NCBI GenBank assembly: GCA_950097015.1
Contig: CATNEN010000008.1
Coordinates: 992,001-1,056,000, forward strand
DNA: 64,000 nt
Origin: Macrostomum hystrix
Lineage: Eukaryota; Animalia; Platyhelminthes
Direction of reading: 5' to 3'
Shown: positions 33,201 through 46,200 of the stretch, piece by piece
Position numbering within the stretch: position 1 is the first letter of the stretch
Layout: each line of letters starts with the position of its first letter
Notes under the pieces: generated by a model
Seen by the model: the letters and a program-made list of their open reading frames with translations, nothing else
Told to the model about the DNA's origin: nothing
Databases searched by the model: none
Position numbers and translations under genes: made by a program

Positions 33201-36200
33201 TGAAGGGATGCGGATTCCACTGACAGAGAGAGTGGGTTGTCAGGCTGATGAAGGGATGCGGATTCCACTGACAGAGAGAGTGGGTTGTCAGGCTGATGAA
33301 GGGATGCGGATTCCACTGACAGAGAGAGTGGGTTGTCAGGCTGATGAAGGGATGCTGATTCCACTGACAGAGAGAGTGGGTTGTCAGGCTGATGAAGGGA
33401 TGCTGATTCCACTGACAGAGAGAGTGGGTTGTCAGGCTGATGAAGGGATGCTGATTACAGTGATAGAGAGAGTGTGTTGTCAGGCTGATGAAGGGATGCG
33501 GATTCCACTGACAGAGAGAGTGTGTTGTCAGTCTGATGAAGGGATGCGGATTCCACTGACGGAGAGAGTGGGTTGTCAGTCTGATGAAGGGATGCTGATT
33601 CCACTGACAGAGAGAGTGGGTTGTCAGTCTGATGAAGGGATGCTGATTCCACGGACAGAGAGAGTGTGTTGTCAGTCTGATGAAGGGATGCGGATTCCAC
33701 TGACAGAGAGAGTGTGTTGTCAGGGTGATGAAGGGATGCGGATTCCACTGACAGAGACAGTGGGTTGTCAGTCTGATGAAGGGATGCTGATTCCACTGAC
33801 AGAGAGAGTGGGTTGTCAGGCTGATGAAGGGATGCGGATTCCACGGACAGAGAGAGTGTGTTGTCAGTCTGATGAAGGGATGCGGATTCCACTGACAGAG
33901 AGAGTGTGTTGTCAGTCTGATGAAGGGATGCGGATTCCACTGACAGAGAGAGTGGGTTGTCAGTCTGATGAAGGGATGCGGATTCCACTGACAGAGAGAG
34001 TGTGTTGTCAGTCTGATGAAGGGATGCGGATTCCACTGACAGAGAGAGTGTGTTGTCAGTCTGATGAAGGGATGCGGATTCCACTGACAGAGAGAGTGGG
34101 TTGTCAGGCTGATGAAGGGATGCGGATTCCACTGACAGAGAGAGTGTTTTGTCAGGCTGATGAAGGGATGCGGATTCCACTGACAGAGAGTGTGTTGTCA
34201 GTCTGATGAAGGGATGCGGATTCCACTGACAGAGAGAGTGTGTTGTCAGTCTGATGAAGGGATGCGGATTCCACTGACAGAGAGAGTGGGTTGTCAGGCT
34301 GATGAAGGGATGCGGATTCCACTGACAGAGAGAGTGTGTTGTCAGGCTGATGAAGGGATGCGGATTCCACTGACAGAGAGAGTGTGTTGTCAGTCTGATG
34401 AAGGGATGCGGATTCCACTGACAGAGAGTGTGTTGTCAGTCTGATGAAGGGATGCGGATTCCACTGACAGAGAGAGTGTGTTGTCAGGCTGATGAAGGGA
34501 TGCCGATTACAGTGACAGAGAGAGTGTGTTGTCAGGCTGATGAAGGGATGCTGATTACAGTGACAGAGAGAGTGTGTTGTCAGTCTGATGAAGGGATGCT
34601 GATTCCACTGACAGAGAGAGTGTGTTGTCAGTCTGATGAAGGGATGCTGATTACAGTGATAGAGAGAGTGGGTTGTCAGTCTGATGAAGGGATGCGGATT
34701 CCACTGACAGAGAGAGTATGTTGTCAGGCTGATGAAGGGATGCGGATTCCACTGACAGAGAGTGTGTTGTCAGGCTGATGAAGGGATGCGGATTCCACTG
34801 ACAGAGAGAGTGTGTTGTCAGGCTGATGAAGGGATGCGGATTCCACTGACAGAGAGAGTGTGTTGTCAGGCTGATGAAGGGATGCGGATTCCACTGACAG
34901 AGAGAGTGTGTTGTCAGGCTGATGAAGGGATGCGGATTCCACTGACAGAGAGAGTGGGTTGTCAGTCTGATGAAGGGATGCGGATTCCACTGACAGAGAG
35001 AGTGGGTTGTCAGGCTGATGAAGGGATGCGGATTCCACTGACAGAGAGAGTGGGTTGTCAGTCTGATGAAGGGATGCGGATTCCACTGACAGAGAGAGTG
35101 TGTTGTCAGGCTGATGAAGGGATGCGGATTCCACTGACAGAGAGAGTGTGTTGTCAGGCTGATGAAGGGATGCGGATTCCACTGACAGAGAGAGTGTGTT
35201 GTCAGGCTGATGAAGGGATGCGGATTCCACTGACAGAGAGAGTGGGTTGTCAGTCTGATGAAGGGATGCGGATTCCACTGACAGAGAGAGTGGGTTGTCA
35301 GGCTGATGAAGGGATGCGGATTCCACTGACAGAGAGAGTGGGTTGTCAGGCTGATGAAGGGATGCGGATTCCACTGACAGAGAGAGTGGGTTGTCAGGCT
35401 GATGAAGGGATGCTGATTCCACTGACAGAGAGAGTGGGTTGTCAGGCTGATGAAGGGATGCTGATTCCACTGACAGAGAGAGTGGGTTGTCAGGCTGATG
35501 AAGGGATGCTGATTACAGTGATAGAGAGAGTGTGTTGTCAGGCTGATGAAGGGATGCGGATTCCACTGACAGAGAGAGTGTGTTGTCAGTCTGATGAAGG
35601 GATGCGGATTCCACTGACGGAGAGAGTGGGTTGTCAGTCTGATGAAGGGATGCTGATTCCACTGACAGAGAGAGTGGGTTGTCAGTCTGATGAAGGGATG
35701 CGGATTCCACTGACAGAGAGAGTGTGTTGTCAGTCTGATGAAGGGATGCGGATTCCACTGACAGAGAGAGTGTGTTGTCAGTCTGATGAAGGGATGCGGA
35801 TTCCACTGACAGAGAGAGTGGGTTGTCAGGCTGATGAAGGGATGCGGATTCCACTGACAGAGAGAGTGTTTTGTCAGGCTGATGAAGGGATGCGGATTCC
35901 ACTGACAGAGAGTGTGTTGTCAGTCTGATGAAGGGATGCGGATTCCACTGACAGAGAGAGTGTGTTGTCAGTCTGATGAAGGGATGCGGATTCCACTGAC
36001 AGAGAGAGTGGGTTGTCAGGCTGATGAAGGGATGCGGATTCCACTGACAGAGAGAGTGTGTTGTCAGTCTGATGAAGGGATGCGGATTCCACTGACAGAG
36101 AGAGTGGGTTGTCAGTCTGATGAAGGGATGCGGATTCCACTGACAGAGAGAGTGTGTTGTCAGTCTGATGAAGGGATGCGGATTCCACTGACAGAGAGAG

Positions 36201-39200
36201 TGGGTTGTCAGGCTGATGAAGGGATGCGGATTCCACTGACAGAGAGAGTGTGTTGTCAGTCTGATGAAGGGATGCGGATTCCACTGACAGAGAGAGTGGG
36301 TTGTCAGTCTGATGAAGGGATGCGGATTCCACTGACAGAGAGAGTGTGTTGTCAGTCTGATGAAGGGATGCGGATTCCACTGACAGAGAGAGTGGGTTGT
36401 CAGGCTGATGAAGGGATGCGGATTCCACTGACAGAGAGAGTGTGTTGTCAGTCTGATGAAGGGATGCGGATTCCACTGACAGAGAGAGTGTGTTGTCAGT
36501 CTGATGAAGGGATGCGGATTCCACTGACAGAGAGAGTGGGTTGTCAGTCTGATGAAGGGATGCGGATTCCACTGACAGAGAGAGTGTGTTGTCAGTCTGA
36601 TGAAGGGATGCGGATTCCACTGACAGAGAGAGTGTGTTGTCAGTCTGATGAAGGGATGCGGATTCCACTGACAGAGAGAGTGGGTTGTCAGTCTGATGAA
36701 GGGATGCGGATTCCACTGACAGAGAGAGTGGGTTGTCAGGCTGATGAAGGGATGCGGATTCCACTGACAGAGAGAGTGGGTTGTCAGTCTGATGAAGGGA
36801 TGCGGATTCCACTGACAGAGAGAGTGTGTTGTCAGTCTGATGAAGGGATGCGGATTCCACTGACAGAGAGAGTGTGTTGTCAGGCTGATGAAGGGATGCG
36901 GATTCCACTGACAGAGAGAGTGTGTTGTCAGTCTGATGAAGGGATGCGGATTCCACTGACAGAGAGAGTGGGTTGTCAGTCTGATGAAGGGATGCGGATT
37001 CCACTGACAGAGAGAGTGGGTTGTCAGGCTGATGAAGGGATGCGGATTCCACTGACAGAGAGAGTGGGTTGTCAGGCTGATGAAGGGATGCGGATTCCAC
37101 TGACAGAGAGAGTGGGTTGTCAGGCTGATGAAGGGATGCTGATTCCACTGACAGAGAGAGTGGGTTGTCAGGCTGATGAAGGGATGCTGATTCCACTGAC
37201 AGAGAGAGTGGGTTGTCAGGCTGATGAAGGGATGCTGATTACAGTGATAGAGAGAGTGTGTTGTCAGGCTGATGAAGGGATGCGGATTCCACTGACAGAG
37301 AGAGTGTGTTGTCAGTCTGATGAAGGGATGCGGATTCCACTGACGGAGAGAGTGGGTTGTCAGTCTGATGAAGGGATGCTGATTCCACTGACAGAGAGAG
37401 TGGGTTGTCAGTCTGATGAAGGGATGCTGATTCCACGGACAGAGAGAGTGTGTTGTCAGTCTGATGAAGGGATGCGGATTCCACTGACAGAGAGAGTGTG
37501 TTGTCAGGGTGATGAAGGGATGCGGATTCCACTGACAGAGAGTGTGTTGTCAGTCTGATGAAGGGATGCGGATTCCACTGACAGAGAGTGTGTTGTCAGG
37601 CTGATGAAGGGATGCGGATTCCACTGACAGAGAGAGTGTGTTGTCAGTCTGATGAAGGGATGCGGATTCCACTGACAGAGAGAGTGTGTTGTCAGGCTGA
37701 TGAAGGGATGCGGTTTCCACTGACAGAGAGAGTGTGTTGTCAGTCTGATGAAGGGATGCGGATTCCACTGACAGAGAGAGTGGGTTGTCAGGCTGATGAA
37801 GGGATGCGGATTCCACTGACAGAGAGAGTGGGTTGTCAGTCTGATGAAGGGATGCGGATTCCACTGACAGAGAGAGTGTGTTGTCAGTCTGATGAAGGGA
37901 TGCGGATTCCACTGACAGAGAGAGTGTGTTGTCAGGCTGATGAAGGGATGCGGATTCCACTGACAGAGAGAGTGTGTTGTCAGTCTGATGAAGGGATGCG
38001 GATTCCACTGACAGAGAGAGTGGGTTGTCAGTCTGATGAAGGGATGCGGATTCCACTGACAGAGAGAGTGGGTTGTCAGGCTGATGAAGGGATGCGGATT
38101 CCACTGACAGAGAGAGTGGGTTGTCAGGCTGATGAAGGGATGCGGATTCCACTGACAGAGAGAGTGGGTTGTCAGGCTGATGAAGGGATGCTGATTCCAC
38201 TGACAGAGAGAGTGGGTTGTCAGGCTGATGAAGGGATGCTGATTCCACTGACAGAGAGAGTGGGTTGTCAGGCTGATGAAGGGATGCTGATTACAGTGAT
38301 AGAGAGAGTGTGTTGTCAGGCTGATGAAGGGATGCGGATTCCACTGACAGAGAGAGTGTGTTGTCAGTCTGATGAAGGGATGCGGATTCCACTGACGGAG
38401 AGAGTGGGTTGTCAGTCTGATGAAGGGATGCTGATTCCACTGACAGAGAGAGTGGGTTGTCAGTCTGATGAAGGGATGCTGATTCCACGGACAGAGAGAG
38501 TGTGTTGTCAGTCTGATGAAGGGATGCGGATTCCACTGACAGAGAGAGTGTGTTGTCAGGGTGATGAAGGGATGCGGATTCCACTGACAGAGACAGTGGG
38601 TTGTCAGTCTGATGAAGGGATGCTGATTCCACTGACAGAGAGAGTGGGTTGTCAGGCTGATGAAGGGATGCGGATTCCACGGACAGAGAGAGTGTGTTGT
38701 CAGTCTGATGAAGGGATGCGGATTCCACTGACAGAGAGAGTGTGTTGTCAGTCTGATGAAGGGATGCGGATTCCACTGACAGAGAGAGTGGGTTGTCAGT
38801 CTGATGAAGGGATGCGGATTCCACTGACAGAGAGAGTGTGTTGTCAGTCTGATGAAGGGATGCGGATTCCACTGACAGAGAGAGTGTGTTGTCAGTCTGA
38901 TGAAGGGATGCGGATTCCACTGACAGAGAGAGTGGGTTGTCAGGCTGATGAAGGGATGCGGATTCCACTGACAGAGAGAGTGTTTTGTCAGGCTGATGAA
39001 GGGATGCGGATTCCACTGACAGAGAGTGTGTTGTCAGTCTGATGAAGGGATGCGGATTCCACTGACAGAGAGAGTGTGTTGTCAGTCTGATGAAGGGATG
39101 CGGATTCCACTGACAGAGAGAGTGGGTTGTCAGGCTGATGAAGGGATGCGGATTCCACTGACAGAGAGAGTGTGTTGTCAGGCTGATGAAGGGATGCGGA

Positions 39201-42200
39201 TTCCACTGACAGAGAGAGTGTGTTGTCAGTCTGATGAAGGGATGCGGATTCCACTGACAGAGAGTGTGTTGTCAGTCTGATGAAGGGATGCGGATTCCAC
39301 TGACAGAGAGAGTGTGTTGTCAGGCTGATGAAGGGATGCCGATTACAGTGACAGAGAGAGTGTGTTGTCAGGCTGATGAAGGGATGCTGATTACAGTGAC
39401 AGAGAGAGTGTGTTGTCAGTCTGATGAAGGGATGCTGATTCCACTGACAGAGAGAGTGTGTTGTCAGTCTGATGAAGGGATGCTGATTACAGTGATAGAG
39501 AGAGTGGGTTGTCAGTCTGATGAAGGGATGCGGATTCCACTGACAGAGAGAGTATGTTGTCAGGCTGATGAAGGGATGCGGATTCCACTGACAGAGAGTG
39601 TGTTGTCAGGCTGATGAAGGGATGCGGATTCCACTGACAGAGAGAGTGTGTTGTCAGGCTGATGAAGGGATGCGGATTCCACTGACAGAGAGAGTGTGTT
39701 GTCAGGCTGATGAAGGGATGCGGATTCCACTGACAGAGAGAGTGTGTTGTCAGGCTGATGAAGGGATGCGGATTCCACTGACAGAGAGAGTGGGTTGTCA
39801 GTCTGATGAAGGGATGCGGATTCCACTGACAGAGAGAGTGGGTTGTCAGGCTGATGAAGGGATGCGGATTCCACTGACAGAGAGAGTGGGTTGTCAGTCT
39901 GATGAAGGGATGCGGATTCCACTGACAGAGAGAGTGTGTTGTCAGGCTGATGAAGGGATGCGGATTCCACTGACAGAGAGAGTGTGTTGTCAGGCTGATG
40001 AAGGGATGCGGATTCCACTGACAGAGAGAGTGTGTTGTCAGGCTGATGAAGGGATGCGGATTCCACTGACAGAGAGAGTGGGTTGTCAGTCTGATGAAGG
40101 GATGCGGATTCCACTGACAGAGAGAGTGGGTTGTCAGGCTGATGAAGGGATGCGGATTCCACTGACAGAGAGAGTGGGTTGTCAGGCTGATGAAGGGATG
40201 CGGATTCCACTGACAGAGAGAGTGGGTTGTCAGGCTGATGAAGGGATGCTGATTCCACTGACAGAGAGAGTGGGTTGTCAGGCTGATGAAGGGATGCTGA
40301 TTCCACTGACAGAGAGAGTGGGTTGTCAGGCTGATGAAGGGATGCTGATTACAGTGATAGAGAGAGTGTGTTGTCAGGCTGATGAAGGGATGCGGATTCC
40401 ACTGACAGAGAGAGTGTGTTGTCAGTCTGATGAAGGGATGCGGATTCCACTGACGGAGAGAGTGGGTTGTCAGTCTGATGAAGGGATGCTGATTCCACTG
40501 ACAGAGAGAGTGGGTTGTCAGTCTGATGAAGGGATGCGGATTCCACTGACAGAGAGAGTGTGTTGTCAGTCTGATGAAGGGATGCGGATTCCACTGACAG
40601 AGAGAGTGTGTTGTCAGTCTGATGAAGGGATGCGGATTCCACTGACAGAGAGAGTGGGTTGTCAGGCTGATGAAGGGATGCGGATTCCACTGACAGAGAG
40701 AGTGTTTTGTCAGGCTGATGAAGGGATGCGGATTCCACTGACAGAGAGTGTGTTGTCAGTCTGATGAAGGGATGCGGATTCCACTGACAGAGAGAGTGTG
40801 TTGTCAGTCTGATGAAGGGATGCGGATTCCACTGACAGAGAGAGTGGGTTGTCAGGCTGATGAAGGGATGCGGATTCCACTGACAGAGAGAGTGTGTTGT
40901 CAGTCTGATGAAGGGATGCGGATTCCACTGACAGAGAGAGTGGGTTGTCAGTCTGATGAAGGGATGCGGATTCCACTGACAGAGAGAGTGTGTTGTCAGT
41001 CTGATGAAGGGATGCGGATTCCACTGACAGAGAGAGTGTGTTGTCAGTCTGATGAAGGGATGCGGATTCCACTGACAGAGAGAGTGGGTTGTCAGTCTGA
41101 TGAAGGGATGCGGATTCCACTGACAGAGAGAGTGTGTTGTCAGTCTGATGAAGGGATGCGGATTCCACTGACAGAGAGAGTGTGTTGTCAGTCTGATGAA
41201 GGGATGCGGATTCCACTGACAGAGAGAGTGGGTTGTCAGGCTGATGAAGGGATGCGGATTCCACTGACAGAGAGAGTGTTTTGTCAGGCTGATGAAGGGA
41301 TGCGGATTCCACTGACAGAGAGTGTGTTGTCAGTCTGATGAAGGGATGCGGATTCCACTGACAGAGAGAGTGTGTTGTCAGTCTGATGAAGGGATGCGGA
41401 TTCCACTGACAGAGAGAGTGGGTTGTCAGGCTGATGAAGGGATGCGGATTCCACTGACAGAGAGAGTGTGTTGTCAGGCTGATGAAGGGATGCGGATTCC
41501 ACTGACAGAGAGAGTGTGTTGTCAGTCTGATGAAGGGATGCGGATTCCACTGACAGAGAGTGTGTTGTCAGTCTGATGAAGGGATGCGGATTCCACTGAC
41601 AGAGAGAGTGTGTTGTCAGGCTGATGAAGGGATGCCGATTACAGTGACAGAGAGAGTGTGTTGTCAGGCTGATGAAGGGATGCTGATTACAGTGACAGAG
41701 AGAGTGTGTTGTCAGTCTGATGAAGGGATGCTGATTCCACTGACAGAGAGAGTGTGTTGTCAGTCTGATGAAGGGATGCTGATTACAGTGATAGAGAGAG
41801 TGGGTTGTCAGTCTGATGAAGGGATGCGGATTCCACTGACAGAGAGAGTATGTTGTCAGGCTGATGAAGGGATGCGGATTCCACTGACAGAGAGTGTGTT
41901 GTCAGGCTGATGAAGGGATGCGGATTCCACTGACAGAGAGAGTGTGTTGTCAGGCTGATGAAGGGATGCGGATTCCACTGACAGAGAGAGTGTGTTGTCA
42001 GGCTGATGAAGGGATGCGGATTCCACTGACAGAGAGAGTGTGTTGTCAGGCTGATGAAGGGATGCGGATTCCACTGACAGAGAGAGTGGGTTGTCAGTCT
42101 GATGAAGGGATGCGGATTCCACTGACAGAGAGAGTGGGTTGTCAGGCTGATGAAGGGATGCGGATTCCACTGACAGAGAGAGTGGGTTGTCAGTCTGATG

Positions 42201-45200
42201 AAGGGATGCGGATTCCACTGACAGAGAGAGTGTGTTGTCAGGCTGATGAAGGGATGCGGATTCCACTGACAGAGAGAGTGTGTTGTCAGGCTGATGAAGG
42301 GATGCGGATTCCACTGACAGAGAGAGTGTGTTGTCAGGCTGATGAAGGGATGCGGATTCCACTGACAGAGAGAGTGGGTTGTCAGTCTGATGAAGGGATG
42401 CGGATTCCACTGACAGAGAGAGTGGGTTGTCAGGCTGATGAAGGGATGCGGATTCCACTGACAGAGAGAGTGGGTTGTCAGGCTGATGAAGGGATGCGGA
42501 TTCCACTGACAGAGAGAGTGGGTTGTCAGGCTGATGAAGGGATGCTGATTCCACTGACAGAGAGAGTGGGTTGTCAGGCTGATGAAGGGATGCTGATTCC
42601 ACTGACAGAGAGAGTGGGTTGTCAGGCTGATGAAGGGATGCTGATTACAGTGATAGAGAGAGTGTGTTGTCAGGCTGATGAAGGGATGCGGATTCCACTG
42701 ACAGAGAGAGTGTGTTGTCAGTCTGATGAAGGGATGCGGATTCCACTGACGGAGAGAGTGGGTTGTCAGTCTGATGAAGGGATGCTGATTCCACTGACAG
42801 AGAGAGTGGGTTGTCAGTCTGATGAAGGGATGCGGATTCCACTGACAGAGAGAGTGTGTTGTCAGTCTGATGAAGGGATGCGGATTCCACTGACAGAGAG
42901 AGTGTGTTGTCAGTCTGATGAAGGGATGCGGATTCCACTGACAGAGAGAGTGGGTTGTCAGGCTGATGAAGGGATGCGGATTCCACTGACAGAGAGAGTG
43001 TTTTGTCAGGCTGATGAAGGGATGCGGATTCCACTGACAGAGAGTGTGTTGTCAGTCTGATGAAGGGATGCGGATTCCACTGACAGAGAGAGTGTGTTGT
43101 CAGTCTGATGAAGGGATGCGGATTCCACTGACAGAGAGAGTGGGTTGTCAGGCTGATGAAGGGATGCGGATTCCACTGACAGAGAGAGTGTGTTGTCAGG
43201 CTGATGAAGGGATGCGGATTCCACTGACAGAGAGAGTGTGTTGTCAGTCTGATGAAGGGATGCGGATTCCACTGACAGAGAGTGTGTTGTCAGTCTGATG
43301 AAGGGATGCGGATTCCACTGACAGAGAGAGTGTGTTGTCAGGCTGATGAAGGGATGCCGATTACAGTGACAGAGAGAGTGTGTTGTCAGGCTGATGAAGG
43401 GATGCTGATTACAGTGACAGAGAGAGTGTGTTGTCAGTCTGATGAAGGGATGCTGATTCCACTGACAGAGAGAGTGTGTTGTCAGTCTGATGAAGGGATG
43501 CTGATTACAGTGATAGAGAGAGTGGGTTGTCAGTCTGATGAAGGGATGCGGATTCCACTGACAGAGAGAGTATGTTGTCAGGCTGATGAAGGGATGCGGT
43601 TTCCACTGACAGAGAGTGTGTTGTCAGGCTGATGAAGGGATGCGGATTCCACTGACAGAGAGAGTGTGTTGTCAGGCTGATGAAGGGATGCGGATTCCAC
43701 TGACAGAGAGAGTGTGTTGTCAGGCTGATGAAGGGATGCGGATTCCACTGACAGAGAGAGTGTGTTGTCAGGCTGATGAAGGGATGCGGATTCCACTGAC
43801 AGAGAGAGTGGGTTGTCAGTCTGATGAAGGGATGCGGATTCCACTGACAGAGAGAGTGGGTTGTCAGGCTGATGAAGGGATGCGGATTCCACTGACAGAG
43901 AGAGTGGGTTGTCAGTCTGATGAAGGGATGCGGATTCCACTGACAGAGAGAGTGTGTTGTCAGGCTGATGAAGGGATGCGGATTCCACTGACAGAGAGAG
44001 TGTGTTGTCAGGCTGATGAAGGGATGCGGATTCCACTGACAGAGAGAGTGTGTTGTCAGGCTGATGAAGGGATGCGGATTCCACTGACAGAGAGAGTGGG
44101 TTGTCAGTCTGATGAAGGGATGCGGATTCCACTGACAGAGAGAGTGGGTTGTCAGGCTGATGAAGGGATGCGGATTCCACTGACAGAGAGAGTGGGTTGT
44201 CAGGCTGATGAAGGGATGCGGATTCCACTGACAGAGAGAGTGGGTTGTCAGGCTGATGAAGGGATGCTGATTCCACTGACAGAGAGAGTGGGTTGTCAGG
44301 CTGATGAAGGGATGCTGATTCCACTGACAGAGAGAGTGGGTTGTCAGGCTGATGAAGGGATGCTGATTACAGTGATAGAGAGAGTGTGTTGTCAGGCTGA
44401 TGAAGGGATGCGGATTCCACTGACAGAGAGAGTGTGTTGTCAGTCTGATGAAGGGATGCGGATTCCACTGACGGAGAGAGTGGGTTGTCAGTCTGATGAA
44501 GGGATGCTGATTCCACTGACAGAGAGAGTGGGTTGTCAGTCTGATGAAGGGATGCTGATTCCACGGACAGAGAGAGTGTGTTGTCAGTCTGATGAAGGGA
44601 TGCGGATTCCACTGACAGAGAGAGTGTGTTGTCAGGGTGATGAAGGGATGCGGATTCCACTGACAGAGACAGTGGGTTGTCAGTCTGATGAAGGGATGCT
44701 GATTCCACTGACAGAGAGAGTGGGTTGTCAGGCTGATGAAGGGATGCGGATTCCACGGACAGAGAGAGTGTGTTGTCAGTCTGATGAAGGGATGCGGATT
44801 CCACTGACAGAGAGAGTGTGTTGTCAGTCTGATGAAGGGATGCGGATTCCACTGACAGAGAGAGTGGGTTGTCAGTCTGATGAAGGGATGCGGATTCCAC
44901 TGACAGAGAGAGTGTGTTGTCAGTCTGATGAAGGGATGCGGATTCCACTGACAGAGAGAGTGTGTTGTCAGTCTGATGAAGGGATGCGGATTCCACTGAC
45001 AGAGAGAGTGGGTTGTCAGGCTGATGAAGGGATGCGGATTCCACTGACAGAGAGAGTGTGTTGTCAGGCTGATGAAGGGATGCGGATTCCACTGACAGAG
45101 AGAGTGTGTTGTCAGTCTGATGAAGGGATGCGGATTCCACTGACAGAGAGTGTGTTGTCAGTCTGATGAAGGGATGCGGATTCCACTGACAGAGAGAGTG

Positions 45201-45760
45201 TGTTGTCAGGCTGATGAAGGGATGCCGATTACAGTGACAGAGAGAGTGTGTTGTCAGGCTGATGAAGGGATGCTGATTACAGTGACAGAGAGAGTGTGTT
45301 GTCAGTCTGATGAAGGGATGCTGATTCCACTGACAGAGAGAGTGTGTTGTCAGTCTGATGAAGGGATGCTGATTACAGTGATAGAGAGAGTGGGTTGTCA
45401 GTCTGATGAAGGGATGCGGATTCCACTGACAGAGAGAGTATGTTGTCAGGCTGATGAAGGGATGCGGATTCCACTGACAGAGAGAGTGGGTTGTCAGGCT
45501 GATGAAGGGATGCGGATTCCACTGACAGAGAGAGTGTGTTGTCAGGCTGATGAAGGGATGCGGATTCCACTGACAGAGAGAGTGTGTTGTCAGGCTGATG
45601 AAGGGATGCGGATTCCACTGACAGAGAGAGTGGGTTGTCAGGCTGATGAAGGGATGCGGATTCCACTGACAGAGAGAGTGTTTTGTCAGTCTGATGAAGG
45701 GATGCGGATTCCACTGACAGAGAGAGTGTGTTGTCAGGCTGATGAAGGGATGCGGTTTCC
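30220..45760. repeat. 15.5-kb 48-bp satellite (AGAGAGAGTGTGTTGTCAGGCTGATGAAGGGATGCGGATTCCACTGAC) with 46-bp variants and higher-order repeats
   Basis: About 325 units. ORF-track blocks recur at offsets of 1052, 1722, 2296 and 4836 bp. Confidence 0.98.
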
Positions 45761-45869
45761 ATGCACTGCCCGAATCGTGAATTCTTAATTTTAGCTGTCT
45801 ACCTTGCCAGCTAAGCATCCTTGTCTTCGTATCCATACCTCTCGCGCAAGGACTTCAATCTCTACTTAC

Positions 45870-46200
45870 CAAGGCCGAGGGATCGCTCGCTCGCACCTGC
45901 TGATCGGGACAAACTGAACAAGCTCTCGTTGATGGCAGCGGGTGGAAGTAGTTGAGGGGCTTGAGTGAGTAGACGACCTGGGTATGTGGACTAGTGAGAC
46001 GGCAGGGTTCTGCCCGCGGATACTCGATCTCCTCTTCTGGGTGGTGTTCCTGTTTCTCACTCCTGCTCGCTTGCTCTCCCTCTCCTAAAAATTCAAGTCC
46101 ACAGAAACGCCGCGCTATAAGAGAAAGAGAGGACGCGAACAAAATGGAGCGGGAGAAAAGCCTCCTACTGGCGGGTAGTCGATGATCCGCTGAGCTTGGC
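45870..46200 (-). other. Putative non-coding first exon (possibly the arrestin 5' UTR) ending in a consensus donor TTG|GTAAGT
   Basis: Donor GT at 45868-45869, CT/GA-rich promoter-like sequence at 46200-46600, and an orphan acceptor (TTTTGTGTCCTTTCAG, 28100-28101) 120 nt before the arrestin ATG. The linkage and the 5' end are inferred. Confidence 0.4.

Noticed and set aside
30220-45760. Hammerhead ribozyme in the 48-bp unit (CTGATGA core, GGATTCCACTG resembling schistosome satellites)
   Set aside because: The hairpin after CTGATGA is followed by ACTGACA rather than the required GAAA, and no stem I can be formed.
30220-45760. Tandem box C/D snoRNAs (TGATGA...CTGA)
   Set aside because: Only about 16 nt separate the boxes, the C box lacks the leading purine, and there are no variable guide regions.
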